Source: an uncultured Chloroflexia bacterium
Lineage (GTDB): Bacteria; Chloroflexota; UBA6077; JACCZL01
Reading direction: 5' to 3'
Assembly: GCA_963765765.1 (NCBI GenBank)
Contig: CAVXYC010000015.1
Span: 544,001-608,000 of the forward strand
DNA length: 64,000 nucleotides
Below are positions 63,159-64,000 of this stretch, piece after piece (position 1 is the first letter of the stretch; each line of letters starts with the position of its first letter). The position numbers and the translations under genes are program-made. Under the pieces are notes generated by a model. The model did no database searches, was not told the DNA's origin, and saw only the letters and a list, made by a program, of their open reading frames with translations.

Positions 63159-64000
63159 GAGCTTGTTCTCCCTCAGACCTGCCAATCATAGAAGAATTTC
63201 ACTCTGATAAAGCACGTCCCGGCCCAGCAATGGCGTTCGCTGAAATGGTCGTCAGACGACGCGCTTCTCGCTCAGGAATACCGCGATCTCACCAAGAACG
63301 TCAACCGGCGTCCGTGGACCAGGGTGCTGTAGAGCGATACGGCGCTGCTCGCTGGGAGACTCGTTGAGGCCATACGCCCGGCGCATTCTCCGCACGGTGC
63401 GCGTCTCCGCCATTTGATGATGTCGTCGTCCCAGAGCCGAGCGTTCGAAGAGCCTGAGAGCCCGCGCCACACCGGCCCAGGTGACCGAGATCTTCCAGTA
63501 GCTCGGACGCTCGATCCGTCTGGCGGCCTGCTGCCTCGCGGAGACCGGTTCCCAAGGCATCCGAACCATTCGTTCTGATACCGCATTTCCCAGAACCACC
63601 GGCGACGAACTTACTCTCGGAGTCGATCTTCGGGGTTCCCGATTCTGGCCTGTGACTGCGGTTATCGGAGCGGATTCTGGCCACACCGGGGGCTTGACAA
63701 CGCCGCTCCTCCGCCGGGCGACGCGTCCGATGTTCTGGGACCGACGGCACATTGGCGTTACAACGCCGCCGTTGCGTGGAACGTGAGGGCCGGCGCGAGG
63801 TTTTCATTTACCGGCAATATGCATCGGATGACGACGTGGGCGTTGAGTGGGCCAATGGGCCCTTAGATATAAAGCGATGTGGGCATAGATGTTGAATAAG
63901 TCACTCGGTTCTGATCTCGTCTAGGAAGGGGAGCCTCTTTAGGACAGAGAGCCGCTGTTGCGCTCGAGCGTCAGCGCCACGACGGGGATTTCTCCGTCCG

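Noticed and set aside
63252-63752. 166-aa minus-strand ORF, possibly a decayed transposase
   Set aside because: No convincing DDE motif or start signals
1-64000. tRNA, rRNA or riboswitch
   Set aside because: None recognised by eye; an Rfam/Infernal scan would be needed to exclude them

Overview
High-GC (~65%) bacterial window, probably Chloroflexota; this is inferred from the Ala/Pro-rich lipoprotein leader of the LivK-type protein and the gene content. Many genes carry single-base frameshifts, most likely long-read assembly errors. About 0.4-37 kb is a large lipid/glycolipid-type biosynthetic locus. Its core is a 3000-aa iterative type I PKS (two N-terminal FabK/nitronate-monooxygenase-like ER barrels, KS, AT, two exactly duplicated ACPs, KR, DH), a second PKS (KS-AT-ACP-DH-PPTase) and a free ACP. 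Accessory genes encode an AlkP-superfamily phosphodiesterase, an alpha/beta hydrolase, four SDRs, two GT1 glycosyltransferases, an O-methyltransferase, a GPH/MFS transporter, secreted beta-propeller proteins and a divergent DUF2723 GT-C glycosyltransferase. At 38.4-40.1 kb, between direct repeats of an LLM gene 3' end, is a two-gene unit. It encodes a membrane protein with two D-x3-H-x12/13-H motifs spaced like the PmoC/AmoC copper sites, and an exported, membrane-anchored protein with a predicted N-terminal His. The rest of the window holds secreted hydrolases, an acyltransferase-3, an IS fragment, an orphan RND pump, gene remnants (SigZ, YbjT-like, beta-helix), a Liv-type ABC operon, DUF5946, an MBL-fold hydrolase, and a rhodanese coupled to a Mo-hydroxylase large subunit.
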